From contig JBGPGO010000005.1 in the NCBI GenBank assembly GCA_041483895.1, forward strand, positions 32,001 through 96,000: DNA of 64,000 bases, in the 5' to 3' direction. This DNA comes from Fimbriimonadia bacterium (GTDB lineage Bacteria; Armatimonadota; Fimbriimonadia; Fimbriimonadales; JABRVX01). Positions 62,340 through 64,000 of this stretch are shown piece by piece; the stretch's first letter is position 1; the number at the start of each line of letters is the position of its first letter. Below the pieces are notes generated by a model. The model did no database searches. It saw nothing but the letters and a program-made list of their open reading frames with translations, and was not told the DNA's origin. The translations under genes were made by a program, and so were the position numbers.

Positions 62340-64000
62340 ATGAAGAAAGTCTGGCCGACGTCGGTGGGTAGAGATCGGCAAGCATTACCGTGCCTTCGAA
62401 TCCTATGGGCGGTCATTGCTGGCGCCTTATTCGCATGCTGCTTGGGCCAACCTGGAACCACCACGCGCGTCTCGGTCGGGACCGCTGGACTGCAAGGGAA
62501 TGGGCGCAGTGAAGGGGCTTCCATCAGCGCGGATGGTCGATATGTGGCGTTTCAGAGCAGCGCCTCCAACTTAATCCCCGTCGACACGAATGGCGCCACC
62601 GATATCTTCGTCCGAGACCGGCTGACCGGTGAGACATCGTGCGTTTCAGTCACTTCCTTGGGAAACCAGGGGAACGACGTAAGCTATTTTCCCTCCATTA
62701 GCGGCGACGGGAGATTTGTGGCGTTCCAAAGTTACGCTACCAATTTGATCCCCGGCGATACGAATGGCTTCGATGATATTTTCGTTCACGACCGGGCGAC
62801 CGGGGAGACAACGAACGTTTCAGTCTCTTCCTCGGGGGAGCAGGGAAACAACGCGAGTGTTGGGGCCGCCATCAGTTTGGACGGACGATATGTGGTGTTC
62901 AAAAGTCACGCCTCCAACTTGGTCCCGGGCCACACAAACGGCGCTTGGGACATCTTCGTTCACGACCGACAAACGGGTGAGACATCGCGTGTTTCGGTCT
63001 CCTCGTCTGGGGATCAAGGCGACAATGGGAGCGAATGGCCATCGATCAGCGCCGACGGCAGATACATCGCGTTTGACAGTTATGCTTCCAACTTAGTCCC
63101 AGATGACACGAACGGGCATGTCGACACTTTTGTGCGCGACAGGCAGACGGGCGAGACATCGCGCGTCTCTGTCTCCTCTGCCGGTCAACAAGGAAATCCG
63201 GTCCAGGGCAGCGATAGCGAAGGCACGTCCATTAGCGCAGACGGGCGGTATGTCGCGTTTGTTAGCTATGCCGCCGAATTGGTTCCGGGTGATTCGAACG
63301 GCTTTGTTGACGTCTTCGTGCACGACCGGCAGACGGGGCAGACATCGCTGGTGTCCGTCGCTTCCACTGCGCAGCAGAGTAACAACTGGAGCGTTCAGCC
63401 CTCTATCAGCGCAGATGGCAGATATGTGGCGTTCCAAAGCTACGCTTCCAACTTGGCCCCTGGCGACACGAACGGCACGTGGGACCTATTTGTCCATGAT
63501 CGAGTAACGGGCAAGACCTCGCGCGTTTCGGTTTCATCCTCTGGTCAGCAACAGCAGGGGAACGGGGGCAGCCTTCGAGCCTCTATCAGCGCCGACGGTC
63601 GATACGTCGTGTTTGATAGCCATGGCCTCCACTTGGTCCCGGACGACACAAATGATTCCAATGATGTGTTTGTTCACGAGATTGGCCCCGAAATTACGGT
63701 TAGCGGCCGAGTCACGTTTACAATGCTGGATATCTCGGCCGTTCCTCCAAGCACTGCTGAGTTTACAACTCGGGATGGACAAACCAAAGAACTGATCGGG
63801 AGCGTCGAAGCATACTTAGACTCCTTCGCCAATTTCATATTCTATGCGCCAGACAGCCCAGGGTCCTATGAATTGACCTGCAAAAGGACGCACTGGCTGC
63901 GCGCAGCAAAGCTGTTCGATACTACAAACGGCGATGCTTCGGGGCTGGTTGTCGAATTGGAGAACGGCGACGCGAACGAGGACAACCGGGTAGACCTTTT
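62340..64000 (+). CDS. Secreted TolB-like beta-propeller with dockerin-like C-terminal module (partial; not in ORF track)
   Basis: Manual translation: MKKVWP...GTTTRVSV...SISADGRYVAFQS.ASNL...DTN repeats; near the window end RTHWLR...ENGDANEDNRVDL. Confidence 0.85.
   Translation, partial: MKKVWPTSVGRDRQALPCLRILWAVIAGALFACCLGQPGTTTRVSVGTAGLQGNGRSEGASISADGRYVAFQSSASNLIPVDTNGATDIFVRDRLTGETSCVSVTSLGNQGNDVSYFPSISGDGRFVAFQSYATNLIPGDTNGFDDIFVHDRATGETTNVSVSSSGEQGNNASVGAAISLDGRYVVFKSHASNLVPGHTNGAWDIFVHDRQTGETSRVSVSSSGDQGDNGSEWPSISADGRYIAFDSYASNLVPDDTNGHVDTFVRDRQTGETSRVSVSSAGQQGNPVQGSDSEGTSISADGRYVAFVSYAAELVPGDSNGFVDVFVHDRQTGQTSLVSVASTAQQSNNWSVQPSISADGRYVAFQSYASNLAPGDTNGTWDLFVHDRVTGKTSRVSVSSSGQQQQGNGGSLRASISADGRYVVFDSHGLHLVPDDTNDSNDVFVHEIGPEITVSGRVTFTMLDISAVPPSTAEFTTRDGQTKELIGSVEAYLDSFANFIFYAPDSPGSYELTCKRTHWLRAAKLFDTTNGDASGLVVELENGDANEDNRVDL

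Overview
This is a GC-rich bacterial chromosomal segment. By inference it is from Armatimonadota (Fimbriimonadia-like), based on the A/FTLIELL prepilin-like proteins, a PEP-CTERM protein, waaA and many secreted proteins with a shared dockerin-like C-terminus. Housekeeping genes include gyrB, DUF503-rbfA-DHH-truB, waaA, hemW, tnaA, sod, tmRNA, purF-purM, tldD, recG and a two-subunit sarcosine/proline-dehydrogenase-like oxidoreductase, interspersed with many secreted or surface proteins. I found no integrase, transposase or CRISPR array. Highlights: (1) several families of short palindromic REP/MITE-like elements are stacked and nested in frame inside two conserved genes (hemW about +107 aa, waaA about +40 aa) and also occur between genes; (2) purF has no ATG/GTG/TTG before its catalytic Cys and seems to start at ATC behind a GGAGG; (3) six otherwise diverse secreted proteins share a ~140-aa C-terminal module (beta-sandwich, HWL, duplicated EF-hand/dockerin-like), a candidate surface-anchoring or sorting system; (4) an orphan polymorphic-toxin C-terminus plus an Imm26-like gene is bounded by REP-like elements; (5) many genes have a TANNNT-N6-9-start leaderless architecture. 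All family assignments come from motif recognition, not from database searches.
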